A stretch of DNA of 57,038 bases. Origin: an uncultured Candidatus Saccharibacteria bacterium. Lineage in GTDB: Bacteria > Patescibacteriota > Minisyncoccia > 2-02-FULL-40-12 > GWA2-44-9. The notes under the pieces were generated by a model. The model was given only the letters and a program-made list of their open reading frames with translations, was not told where the DNA came from and searched no databases. Every line of letters begins with the position of its first letter. Position 1 is the stretch's first letter. Position numbers and translations under genes: made by a program. Location: the NCBI GenBank assembly GCA_964488565.1, contig CAZAUE010000003.1, positions 1 to 57,038 of the forward strand, written 5' to 3'. Positions 40,922-50,016 of the stretch are shown piece after piece.

Positions 40922-41081
40922 TTTGTGTGTCTTTTTGTGTCCTATGGCTAACTTTTGCCAGTAAGTCGAAATAGCCTAACCAATCATAAGCAAATCTTGA
41001 AACTTCCTGGAAAGAAAAATCTTTGCCATAGTCCTCTTTAATTATTTGTCGTAGTTCACTCACAAACTCTTTTTCGACCAT
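40914..41081 (-). CDS. 55-aa small helical protein (not in ORF track)
   Basis: MVEKEFVSELRQIIKEDYGKDFSFQEVSRFAYDWLGYFDLLAKV...; stop overlaps the start of the HTH gene. Confidence 0.6.
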   Translation of the reverse strand: MVEKEFVSELRQIIKEDYGKDFSFQEVSRFAYDWLGYFDLLAKVSHRTQKDTQNG

Positions 41082-41389
41082 ACACTAAGCCTACACTTGG
41101 TAACTGGTGTAATAAAATGTGGATTAGCCAAATTCCTCGCATTTTGTTTGTCTAAAAGTTTGTTCATTCAGAGCTATTTTCTTGATTTTACTTGTGTTTT
41201 TAGTATTAAATTCAAGGCTCATCATCAATGATTGGGTCTTTGTTAATATGGGGCTTGTAATAATAACCTTTCCGAGAAAAATTCTACATCGGGGTGGTGC
41301 ACGTTCTGGTATTAAAAATATTTTCTAGTCTTCATAAATTATCAGTAGACAGGGCAAATAAAAAGGGTATAATTTAATCAAAACTAAAC

Positions 41390-41516
41390 AGGAGCCTAAA
41401 CTCGGCTGATTTATCAGCAGGGCATGGCACAAAATCGTAGCGTATATAGACCCCATCATAGGGCGTACGCTACGTTGCAGACCGAAAGGTTTGTAGGTCA
41501 CCGAAAGGTGGCTCCT
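41390..41516 (+). promoter_or_regulatory. Structured leader / ncRNA candidate
   Basis: Closing stem aggagcc/ggctcct; 9-bp cgtagcgta/tacgctacg; two GAAA-capped hairpins; tagaca..tataat promoter-like sequence upstream. Confidence 0.45.
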
Positions 41517-41536
41517 GTGGTGGGTTTTATGTTTTT

Positions 41537-42010
41537 ATGAAAACAATAATAGTTCTTCTAGTGTTGGATTTATTTGTGTTTGTTTTAGTCCCCTTGGGGA
41601 GTAAGAGAGAGTGGACTAAAAAAGATTTTAAATACTACTATTTGATGTGGGGCGTATTTTTAGGTATTCCCACACTGCTTTTAATTTCAAAACTTATGGG
41701 CATTATAAATCTAGAAAATATGGCTTCAATATTTCAAATATATGGTTTAAGAGTAATAGTGGGCATAATTTCGGGTGTGGTTTTATTGTTGCTAACTTTT
41801 CTATTATTTTATTGTTTTTTCAGAGGTATTTGGGAAGAAATTAGGAAATCTATAATCAAAGGATTGAAAAAAGATATAAACGGAACTTCGGTTCCTATCA
41901 CCCAAAAAGAAGAAAATATTTTTGACCAACTAGAGGAAGTTCAGCCATCCGAAGGGCAAGAGGAGGAAGCTTATGTGATTTTTCACTCTGATAAAAATGA
42001 ACATAAATAA
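41537..42010 (+). CDS. Hypothetical membrane protein
   Basis: Three hydrophobic segments, acidic tail. Confidence 0.65.
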   Translation: MKTIIVLLVLDLFVFVLVPLGSKREWTKKDFKYYYLMWGVFLGIPTLLLISKLMGIINLENMASIFQIYGLRVIVGIISGVVLLLLTFLLFYCFFRGIWEEIRKSIIKGLKKDINGTSVPITQKEENIFDQLEEVQPSEGQEEEAYVIFHSDKNEHK

Positions 42011-42251
42011 ACACATCTATGTTATTACGGGTGTTGTTATTCTCGTCTTGGCTGGCTATTTTTACTTTATCCAAACCAACAATCAAGAAGTTGTTGAGTC
42101 TCAGGAGATGGGGGCTGATACATCAGAATCATTATCTATAAACCCCAAAGAAATACTTAAATATGACCCGAATGCTCCAGCATGGATGCAAGATGCTGAA
42201 TCGTGCACCAAGGTTAGAGAAAAGATTTTCTGCAAGCTCAAGGGTGAATAA
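41997..42251 (+). CDS. Small membrane-anchored hypothetical protein
   Basis: N-terminal TM, C-terminal C..C; overlaps upstream gene. Confidence 0.6.
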   Translation: MNINKHIYVITGVVILVLAGYFYFIQTNNQEVVESQEMGADTSESLSINPKEILKYDPNAPAWMQDAESCTKVREKIFCKLKGE

Positions 42252-42408
42252 AGCCCAAATCCAGAGTATTCATAGGGAGTTTATAAGGGGTTATTGAGTG
42301 GTTAAATTGACCTAAAATTACCCTGAGGAGCATCCAAAAGACACTTAAAAGACCCTAAATTACATCAAAAAGCATGCTATAGACAAACACTTAAAAACAG
42401 CGCAAGAT

Positions 42409-43458
42409 ATGACTATTGTGACTTACCTAAAAAAGAACTGGTTTCGGGCTATTCTCGTAGTAATAATTGTTATTTCTGTTCTCTCTATGTTTAGCAATTA
42501 CAGTAGTGCCGATGTTTATGTAAATGGTTATTATCGTAGTAACGGAACTTATGTAAATGGATATTACAGGAGTTCTCCCGACAGTAATCCATATAACAAT
42601 TACAGCTATCCAGGAAATACCAACCCTTATACTGGCAAGGTAGCCCCAGGAAACCCCGATACTTATCTAAAGAACTATTACGGAGGTTCGTCAGGTGGCT
42701 CTTCTGGGGGAAGTTATTATAATTACTATTCGACCCCGACACCTACCCCCTCTTGTCCATCCATGTCTAGCTATAACTCTTTAAGTGGTTCTTGTGAGTG
42801 TTATTCGGGGTATGTAGCTGATGGAGGTAGCTGTACGAGTGGTCTGAGTTATTGTTGGTCTAAATATGGCTACAATTCCAGCTATAGTTATCTTAATAAA
42901 AACTGTGAGTGTGATTATGGATATGAATTAAAATATGGGACATGTACCAAAAGTCCAACACCTACACCAACTCCGATTGACCCAGACGCATCGTGCAGAA
43001 GAAGCTTTGGAAACTACTCTTTGGCTAGTACGAGTAAGCCTGGTTATTGTACCTGTGTAAGTGGCTATAAATTTGACGCAAACAAGCAGTGCACTTTTGT
43101 TCCCATTTTTATTCCAACTCCAATACCAACGCCAATCCCGACACCTAATTTTCAGAGCATCTCTAATCAAGCAAAGATTAGCTTAAAAAAGTTCCAAGAA
43201 CCAATACCGTCTTCGACACCAGTAAGCATTAGTTGTAAGGGTGATTATTCAATATCTTTAGATAAAAAACGATGTGTCAAAATTCCAAACAATGCTCATC
43301 CTGCCAATGATGGCAAAAATGTTTGGCTTTGTAATGATGGCTATGTGGAAAAAGGTAATTTTTGTGTTTTAACAAGTCCTTCCTTAAACTCATTTCCGAT
43401 AACTGATACTTCTCCGAAAAGTAATAAAAGTGGTTGGGGTATATTTAAATTCTGGTAA
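42409..43458 (+). CDS. Secreted Cys-rich EGF-like repeat protein with PT linkers
   Basis: YVNGYYRSNGTYVNGYYRS; CECYSGY, CECDYGY, CTCVSGY, WLCNDGY repeats. Confidence 0.75.
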   Translation: MTIVTYLKKNWFRAILVVIIVISVLSMFSNYSSADVYVNGYYRSNGTYVNGYYRSSPDSNPYNNYSYPGNTNPYTGKVAPGNPDTYLKNYYGGSSGGSSGGSYYNYYSTPTPTPSCPSMSSYNSLSGSCECYSGYVADGGSCTSGLSYCWSKYGYNSSYSYLNKNCECDYGYELKYGTCTKSPTPTPTPIDPDASCRRSFGNYSLASTSKPGYCTCVSGYKFDANKQCTFVPIFIPTPIPTPIPTPNFQSISNQAKISLKKFQEPIPSSTPVSISCKGDYSISLDKKRCVKIPNNAHPANDGKNVWLCNDGYVEKGNFCVLTSPSLNSFPITDTSPKSNKSGWGIFKFW

Positions 43459-43463
43459 ATTAT

Positions 43464-43898
43464 ATGCAAACACAAGACAAGAGACGGTTTTGGCTTGGCG
43501 TGGTTTATCTAGGCGTAGTTGTTTCTGGAGTGTATACATTTTTACATTTTGGAGAAAAGATATTTTTCAACGTAAGTCCTATTAATAATCCTTATCTAAT
43601 GTTCGGACGGATTTGGTTTTCCTTTTGGTGTGGGTTGTTGGGCATTTCCCTACGAGCATTTAAATTTTCACGAAACGGGAGAGTTTCTCCTTGGATGCCA
43701 TATCTCTTTAAGTATCCCGTTCTTATTTTTTTTGAATCTGTATTTGTTTTTTCTATTCTAAATATGAGCGAAATTATTTCATTAAGTTATCTCTTTTATA
43801 CATTTACACTCCCAGTAATGTTTTATCTGGGATTTGGAGCCTTTGAGGCTTATTCGGAATTAAAGCAATTATTACGCAACAATTCGGGTATGGATTAA
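43464..43898 (+). CDS. Hypothetical multi-pass membrane protein
   Basis: Four hydrophobic segments. Confidence 0.65.
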   Translation: MQTQDKRRFWLGVVYLGVVVSGVYTFLHFGEKIFFNVSPINNPYLMFGRIWFSFWCGLLGISLRAFKFSRNGRVSPWMPYLFKYPVLIFFESVFVFSILNMSEIISLSYLFYTFTLPVMFYLGFGAFEAYSELKQLLRNNSGMD

Positions 43899-44009
43899 TA
43901 CTAAAAACATGCTCCGTGGTTAAATTCTGTGGTTTATATTAAACAAAGACTGGCAATTCCTGCCATGTTTTGTTAGATTGGTTCAGTATAAATTAATTTC
44001 AATGCAATT

Positions 44010-46604
44010 ATGTCCGATAAATCAAGTTTAAGAGGCTCTGAATGGGGAAAATGGGATTTACATTTCCATACCCCAAGTTCGTATGATTATCAGAATAAAT
44101 CCGTAACTAATTTAGAAATCGTTAGCATTCTAAAGCGTGCCAATATTAAGGTTGTGGCAATTACAGACCACCATTTTATTGATGTCCAGAGAATTAAAAA
44201 CTTAAAAGAATTAGCTGGGGGTGATATAACCTTTCTCCCAGGCATAGAATTCTGCTCTAATTCCAGAGGAAAGGAGCCCATTCATTTTATTGGAATATTT
44301 CCAGAAAACTCGGATGTTGAGTATGTCTGGAACGAGATAAACGCAAAAGCTGAAATAGCAAAACAAAAAAAAGATGGCAAATCTGATTCTGAGATATACT
44401 GCAACATAGAAACAACATCGAAGATAATAAAAGGTCTAGGTGGCCTGATTTCTGTCCATGCTGGTAAGAAATCAAATTCTTTGGAAACTATTACCAATTC
44501 TCTTCCTGTTAATATGGCGGAAAAAGAAGATATTGTAAAACACATTGATATCTTTGAATTGGGACAAGAGGGAGACCAAGACAGCTATATAAAAAAAGTT
44601 TTTCCTAAAATTGGTGACCGTCCCATGGTAATATGTTCCGACAATCACAATATTAAGAAATATAAACTGAAACAATCTTGCTGGATAAAAGCAGACCTGA
44701 CCTTTGAAGGCTTGAGACAGATTTTATATGAACCGAAAGATAGAATAAAAATTCAAGAGCTTAAGCCAGAAGATAAATCCAATTATAATATTATCGATAG
44801 GGTGGAATATAAAAATCCATCCGAAACCGATAACAGGGTTATATATTTTAATCCAAATCTGTGTTCCGTTATTGGAAGTCGTGCTTCAGGAAAATCAAAT
44901 CTGCTAAAAAATATAGCTTTGTCAATTGACCCAGACCAGTGCAGATTAAAAAACATTAGCCACACAGATCTATTTAAACTTAAAGATTTTAAATTATTTT
45001 GGAAAGATGGTAAGAGCAATATCTTAGACCCAGAAACCAAAGAAAAAGGTGTGTTGTTTATACCCCAAGGATACTTGGGGGAAATAGTATACAACAAAAA
45101 TCGCCAATTTGATGATTTCTTATCAGAATTATTTGAGAATAAAGAAGAATTCAGCCAAGCTTTGCAGAGCTACAGAAACTTTGAAGACGGTAATATTTTG
45201 GAAATTACATCCTTAACAAGAGAACTTTTGGCTATGAGAGAAAATGGTAGAGAAAAACAAAACAAGGTCAAGAAACTTGGGAAAAGAGAAGACATAGAAA
45301 TAGACATAAAAAAAATTGATACAAAAATTAAAGAAGTAAATGATGTCGAGAAAAACATTACATTAGAGGAGATAGAAAGTTATAAAAATTTAAACTCGAA
45401 TAGGTCTAAAAAAGAGAAAGAGCTCAAGCTGATTGAGGGGGACATCTCCTCTCTGGAGTTATTAAAAGAAGAAGAGATTATAACAGCAGATAGGATTTCT
45501 GAGTTTGATTTTTCTAAAGAATTCATGGAGAAAATCGAGAAGAAATTAAAAGAGTCTGACGATGCCTTTAAAAAAGATTTTATAGTACTGGAAATAAATA
45601 AACTTGTTAAAAACAAAAAGAAGATTGAAAAGGAAATTTTAGAGTTTGAAGGAAAAATAAAACCACTAAAGATTAAAATAGATAAACACAAGGCGCTAGC
45701 GGAACTAACCAAATCTCTTCAAGACAAAAAAGAGGACCTCGTACTGATAAATTCTCTTAAAAAAGACATCTCTGACCTAAGAGTAGTATACGGTGATAAA
45801 TTGCTTGACATCATCAACAAATATATGTTCTTTGACACTCAATATAAAAGCCTCAGTATTAATATTGGTTCACTAAAATTTTCAGCAGTAGATATAACCA
45901 CAGACTTCGATGATGATTTATTCAAAAATTTTATTGAAAATAATATTAATTATCACAATTCGATTTCTTTCAGAAAAGACCAGGATAAAAAATATGTGTC
46001 GGCAAACAAATTTCTTAGCGATATGGGTCAGTGGGCCTATGATAAGAAGGATTTCTCTATACTATTGAAACAAATTATGCTGGGAATTTTGTCTGGAGAT
46101 TTGCTATTAAAATCAGGGAGGGATGAGGAAAGTGTTATCATAGAATTGTTCAAAAATCGGTTTAAAATTAATTTTTTAAAAAGTATAAAAAACAAGAGTG
46201 GAAATGAATTCGAGGATATGTCAGATGGGGAAAAAGCCCTCGCACTCTTGGAGTTTATTTTTAAGTTTGATAACTATAACTATCCTGTATTAATAGACCA
46301 ACCTGAAGATGACCTTGATTCTAGGGCAATATCAAAACATATTGTAGATTTTATCAAAGAAGAGAAGGGTAAAAGACAGGTCATAATAGTATCGCACAAT
46401 GCAAACATGGTTGTATGCGGAGATAGTGAGGAAGTCATCGTATCAGAAAAAAAAGGTGGCAAAACACCTATCTTTGAATATTCTTCAGGTGCTATCGAAG
46501 ATAAAAAAATTAGTCGGGAGATAATAGAAATATTAGAAGGAGGTAAGATTGCTTTGGCAAAACGTCGTGATAAACTTGGACTATCTAATAATCAAAAACC
46601 CTAA
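44010..46604 (+). CDS. PHP phosphoesterase fused to ABC/SMC-like ATPase (TrlF/Ppl-like)
   Basis: WGKWDLHFHTP, ITDHH, GIEF, SVHAG, CSDNH; Walker A GSRASGKS; coiled coil; MSDGEK; LIDQPEDDLD; VSHN. Confidence 0.85.
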   Translation: MSDKSSLRGSEWGKWDLHFHTPSSYDYQNKSVTNLEIVSILKRANIKVVAITDHHFIDVQRIKNLKELAGGDITFLPGIEFCSNSRGKEPIHFIGIFPENSDVEYVWNEINAKAEIAKQKKDGKSDSEIYCNIETTSKIIKGLGGLISVHAGKKSNSLETITNSLPVNMAEKEDIVKHIDIFELGQEGDQDSYIKKVFPKIGDRPMVICSDNHNIKKYKLKQSCWIKADLTFEGLRQILYEPKDRIKIQELKPEDKSNYNIIDRVEYKNPSETDNRVIYFNPNLCSVIGSRASGKSNLLKNIALSIDPDQCRLKNISHTDLFKLKDFKLFWKDGKSNILDPETKEKGVLFIPQGYLGEIVYNKNRQFDDFLSELFENKEEFSQALQSYRNFEDGNILEITSLTRELLAMRENGREKQNKVKKLGKREDIEIDIKKIDTKIKEVNDVEKNITLEEIESYKNLNSNRSKKEKELKLIEGDISSLELLKEEEIITADRISEFDFSKEFMEKIEKKLKESDDAFKKDFIVLEINKLVKNKKKIEKEILEFEGKIKPLKIKIDKHKALAELTKSLQDKKEDLVLINSLKKDISDLRVVYGDKLLDIINKYMFFDTQYKSLSINIGSLKFSAVDITTDFDDDLFKNFIENNINYHNSISFRKDQDKKYVSANKFLSDMGQWAYDKKDFSILLKQIMLGILSGDLLLKSGRDEESVIIELFKNRFKINFLKSIKNKSGNEFEDMSDGEKALALLEFIFKFDNYNYPVLIDQPEDDLDSRAISKHIVDFIKEEKGKRQVIIVSHNANMVVCGDSEEVIVSEKKGGKTPIFEYSSGAIEDKKISREIIEILEGGKIALAKRRDKLGLSNNQKP

Positions 46605-46660
46605 AGGTGCGATGTTTCTTTTATTTGATTTTTTAGGGTTTTTGAGATAAACATATCTAA

Positions 46661-47026
46661 ATGGATAAGGACTATAAAAGAGAAGCCCTTAGAATACTGA
46701 AGGTCAGTAATTGGACAGATGATATGATTAGCAAAGCTTTTGCCGTTTCTGAGAAAGAAATTATTAGGATAGAATCAACAAAGAAGAATATATACAAGGA
46801 AGAACATAGAAAAAGAATCATGAACATTTTACCACCTGATTTAAAGAAACAGGTTGATTACCTATCTACTTATAGAAAAAGAAATAAAACGATTGTTAAT
46901 GAGCGGGTTAATATTATCAGAAGATTAAGAAGTGAATTCCCTTTTTCTTTTCCAGAGATAGGTCTACTACTCAGAAGAGACCATTCAACGATAATGCATC
47001 ATTACAAATCAAGCGTTGAGCATTAA
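46661..47026 (+). CDS. Small protein with DnaA domain IV-like HTH
   Basis: FSFPEIGLLLRRDHSTIMHH resembles the DnaA C-terminal S.PEIG..F.RDHTTV.HA motif. Confidence 0.65.
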   Translation: MDKDYKREALRILKVSNWTDDMISKAFAVSEKEIIRIESTKKNIYKEEHRKRIMNILPPDLKKQVDYLSTYRKRNKTIVNERVNIIRRLRSEFPFSFPEIGLLLRRDHSTIMHHYKSSVEH

Positions 47027-47283
47027 TTTAGTCCGCCTTAAATCCTGTACACAGTGTTTAGTTGATAACTCAAACTCAATTTTTGGGACAGGGCAATGTA
47101 ACAAATATTCTGATTGTCCAGACCGAAATGGGGACACATAAAACTATCCAGCCAAGGATATAAGGTGTTGAATTTGTCTTAAATCTAACTCTGGAACTGG
47201 GAACGCAGTCTTCCAATCATAAGATTTAAAGGCACTAGTCCATTGTTCTAAGGTTGTCCGCTTCAGCGAGCAGAACAGAACAG

Positions 47284-47315
47284 GACAAGACGACACGAAA
47301 GTGTGTCGTCTTGTC
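47284..47315. terminator. 13-bp stem hairpin
   Basis: gacaagacgacac/gtgtcgtcttgtc. Confidence 0.55.
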
Positions 47316-47366
47316 GTTTAATAGTGCGACGTATTCTGATTTAAGGATTTTTGCTATTATTATTGC

Positions 47367-47597
47367 ATGAACATTCATCCGATTGACGGACTTATTAATA
47401 ATTCTCAGGCTAGGTCAATTTCAAAAGCCATAACCTGGCGAATAATAGCTGCAACTATCACTGGGACTATAGTGTTCGTCTATACAGGGAAACTAAAAGA
47501 GACCGGGGAGATACTTATGGTAGCCGAAATAATACTGACTATTGCCTATTATCTTCATGAAAGATTTTGGATTTTGATTAGAAAAAAGAAATCCTAG
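47367..47597 (+). CDS. DUF2061 small membrane protein
   Basis: RSISKAITWRII...YYLHERFW signature. Confidence 0.8.
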   Translation: MNIHPIDGLINNSQARSISKAITWRIIAATITGTIVFVYTGKLKETGEILMVAEIILTIAYYLHERFWILIRKKKS

Positions 47598-47698
47598 GCT
47601 CTAATGTCTTGGGCAAAACGGAGCAGAATCTAACACCCCAGACCATGGGGAAGCCAAGTTGTTTACTAGTTAGTAAAAATGTGGTACAATATTAGGAC

Positions 47699-48832
47699 AT
47701 GAGAATCGCAACTAATATAACCAGAGAATATCTCGGAGGTATTACTCGATCAAATATAAATTTCTTAGATTCAATTCACGGTAAACACGGTGGTGTTGTT
47801 GGGATAGAATTAAACAGTAGAAGATATATGCAGGCGCCATCGATATTTAGACATTATGATCTAGATTGGTTTAGTCACCATATTATAAACATTCATGACC
47901 TATCTATTTTTACGGCAATTAAGAGGTCTAAATCTATAAAAGATTTAGAAAAAAAATATAAACCAATAATAAAAATAATTAAAACTATATTAATTAAAGA
48001 TAAACCAGACGTAATTTTCTTGAACGGGACATATTATATCCCATGGCTTATATCTATTGCTGCTCATGAATTAAAGATTCCAATAGTTTTAAGGTATGCT
48101 GGTGTCTATACCAAAGAAACAGAAAATTTTACTCCAAAGTTTAAAAAATTTTTCAATGAAATGGAGAAATCTTTTAAAAAAAGAGTCGGCCATTTTATAT
48201 TTCCATCACATTTATGTAGAGATTTGGTTGAGAAAGAAATTTACAAAAAAAGTATTGATAATGCTTTTGTAATTTCAAATTCTTTTAACACCAAAGAAGA
48301 CACTACTGTTTTTAGAACAGCAGAAAGAAGAATTGCTGCCGTCGGTAGATGGGATAGAATAAAGAATTTTAAGGAATTTTTTGAGATTCACAAGATGTTG
48401 AAAAAAAATGGTTGGGAGCATGAAGCCTCATTTGTGACTAGTGATTCAAAAATAAAAGATATGCCTAAGAGCATAAACAGATTAGCGACAATGACACACG
48501 AAGAACTGTTAAATTTCTATTCCTCCCAGGGTCTTATTATTTGTCCATCATTGTTTGAAACGTTTGGAAATGTGCCGATGGAGGCGGTTTGCATGGGAAT
48601 TCCTGTTCTTGTTAGTGACAATATGGGTTGTGCAGAAATTTTAAAAATTGCCGGATTAGGCAACATGGTAATTTCATTTAAGGATAGAAAAAAAGTTGTC
48701 GAAAGGGTCCAGTTGCTTTGTGGTCAACAAATATTACCAAAACAAATAAATAACGTTCGTAAAATTCTTAATTCAAAATTGATAAATGCTGAAATAATGG
48801 CAGTTCTCAGAGATGCTGCCCAAATCGAGTAA
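47699..48832 (+). CDS. Glycosyltransferase family 4 (GT-B)
   Basis: FIFPSHLC, AVGRWDRIKN, IICPSLFETFGNVPMEAVCMGIPVLVS. Confidence 0.88.
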   Translation: MRIATNITREYLGGITRSNINFLDSIHGKHGGVVGIELNSRRYMQAPSIFRHYDLDWFSHHIINIHDLSIFTAIKRSKSIKDLEKKYKPIIKIIKTILIKDKPDVIFLNGTYYIPWLISIAAHELKIPIVLRYAGVYTKETENFTPKFKKFFNEMEKSFKKRVGHFIFPSHLCRDLVEKEIYKKSIDNAFVISNSFNTKEDTTVFRTAERRIAAVGRWDRIKNFKEFFEIHKMLKKNGWEHEASFVTSDSKIKDMPKSINRLATMTHEELLNFYSSQGLIICPSLFETFGNVPMEAVCMGIPVLVSDNMGCAEILKIAGLGNMVISFKDRKKVVERVQLLCGQQILPKQINNVRKILNSKLINAEIMAVLRDAAQIE

Positions 48833-48998
48833 TGCTGGACGGACTACTCCCTCCCGATATTTTCTTGCGGCAGGAAGTGAACTACCTCACTTCCGTCAGG
48901 ACGAGAAAGACGGAGCGATGTAGCTGTCAGTAGACAGACACCGCGAGTCCCGTCCGAGTGCTCAAGTTTGCGACGGCAAACTTGAAGCCGAGGAAGAC

Positions 48999-49015
48999 GT
49001 CCTGGTCGCAGAGCA
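48999..49015 (+). repeat. attR-like direct repeat of the tRNA-Asn 3' end
   Basis: gtcctggtcgcagagca, 15/17 to the tRNA and 16/17 to the inverted copy. Confidence 0.75.
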
Positions 49016-49069
49016 AGATTGACAAAATACCACATTGTGGTATTTTATTTTGAGTTCTAATTTAACAAA

Positions 49070-49523
49070 GTGAAGGTGATTGCTGTGCCAAAAGATACCG
49101 CCGAATTATTGCTTAGAGAACTTGCTCTTCATTTGTCGTATGGGGCGGAGGTTAATGGTTCCAAATCGGCTGGGCGACCAGTCGGTTGTTTGTCCTTATC
49201 AAAGCATGAGGGTGATTTGTGGAAGAGGATTATTGACGTATTGGGAGGGGAACCCGACATGATTAGGGATGTGGTTGGGCCTGCCATTGTTGAAAGGCTG
49301 ACAATGCAACCACTAGTCTGCTCTAGGAGATACTTGCTGCTTTAGGGAATACTTGGATTTGCGCGATAGATCGTACGCAGTGTTTAGTGATCCTCAAGGG
49401 GGCCCAGATTTAATTTTAAGTCTCAAAGGATGTCAGGATCGTCTCAGGAACCTACAAGATAACAGTTGGTCTGTTGAAGAAACCGAGAAGGCCTTGAATG
49501 GGTGGACAAAATCAGCCGACTAG
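49070..49523 (+). pseudogene. Hypothetical gene with apparent frameshift near 49315
   Basis: 91-aa ORF continues in another frame as SALGDTCCFREYLDLRDRSYAVFSDPQGGPDL...WTKSAD*, ending at a terminator. Confidence 0.45.
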
Positions 49524-49605
49524 CAGTCGGCTTTTTTATTTGCGAGAGAATGAGTTATAATTACTAAGTGAGTTGATTTAAAAATTATTAAAATTTAAAA
49601 ACAAT

Positions 49606-50001
49606 ATGAACGAATCACAACAATATCTAGAATTAATTAAACCATTTTGGTCGCCTCCTGCTTGGATTTTCGGTCCGGTATGGTCGGTTCTCTATATAAT
49701 TATTGCCATTTCTTTTGGCGTGGTATTTTACAAAGTTTACACAAAAAAGATTTCATGGATTATTGCCCTTCCGTTTATTTTAAATCTAGTTTTTAACTTT
49801 TCTTTTACATGGTTTCAGTTTGGACTTAAAAATAATCTCCTTGCATCCGTAGATATTGTTTTTGTTTTAGGAACTCTTGTTTGGATGCTTGTTGCTATTT
49901 ACCCTTATACTTCATGGATTGCTTATGCCAATATCCCATATCTTCTTTGGGTTTCATTTGCAACCTGTCTCCAGATTACGATTACATATTTAAATCGGTA
50001 A
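49606..50001 (+). CDS. tspO: TspO/MBR tryptophan-rich sensory protein
   Basis: KPFWSPPAWIFGPVWSVLY, LVFNFSFTWFQFG, PYLLWVSFA. Confidence 0.9.
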   Translation: MNESQQYLELIKPFWSPPAWIFGPVWSVLYIIIAISFGVVFYKVYTKKISWIIALPFILNLVFNFSFTWFQFGLKNNLLASVDIVFVLGTLVWMLVAIYPYTSWIAYANIPYLLWVSFATCLQITITYLNR

Positions 50002-50016
50002 GTTTTGTATGTCCAA

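Larger units (their letters stand above)
38517..49015. mobile_element. tRNA-Asn-integrated genomic island (~10.5 kb)
   Basis: Direct repeats gtcctggccgcggagca (38517-38533) and gtcctggtcgcagagca (48999-49015), 15/17 identical; integrase adjacent; accessory cargo. Confidence 0.75.

Noticed and set aside
41345-41400. c-di-GMP-I riboswitch (agggcaaa...gcctaaac)
   Set aside because: The P2 GAAA hairpin and GACGCAAA junction are missing; the segment looks like a promoter
47140-47260. Minus-strand open frame TTLEQWTSAFKSYDWK...
   Set aside because: No start or RBS and under 50 aa; at most a gene fragment
48890-48940. SRP RNA or hammerhead ribozyme
   Set aside because: tcagg and gatgtagctg resemble 4.5S fragments, but the helix-8 GNRA/AGCAG motif and the CUGAnGA..GAAA core are absent
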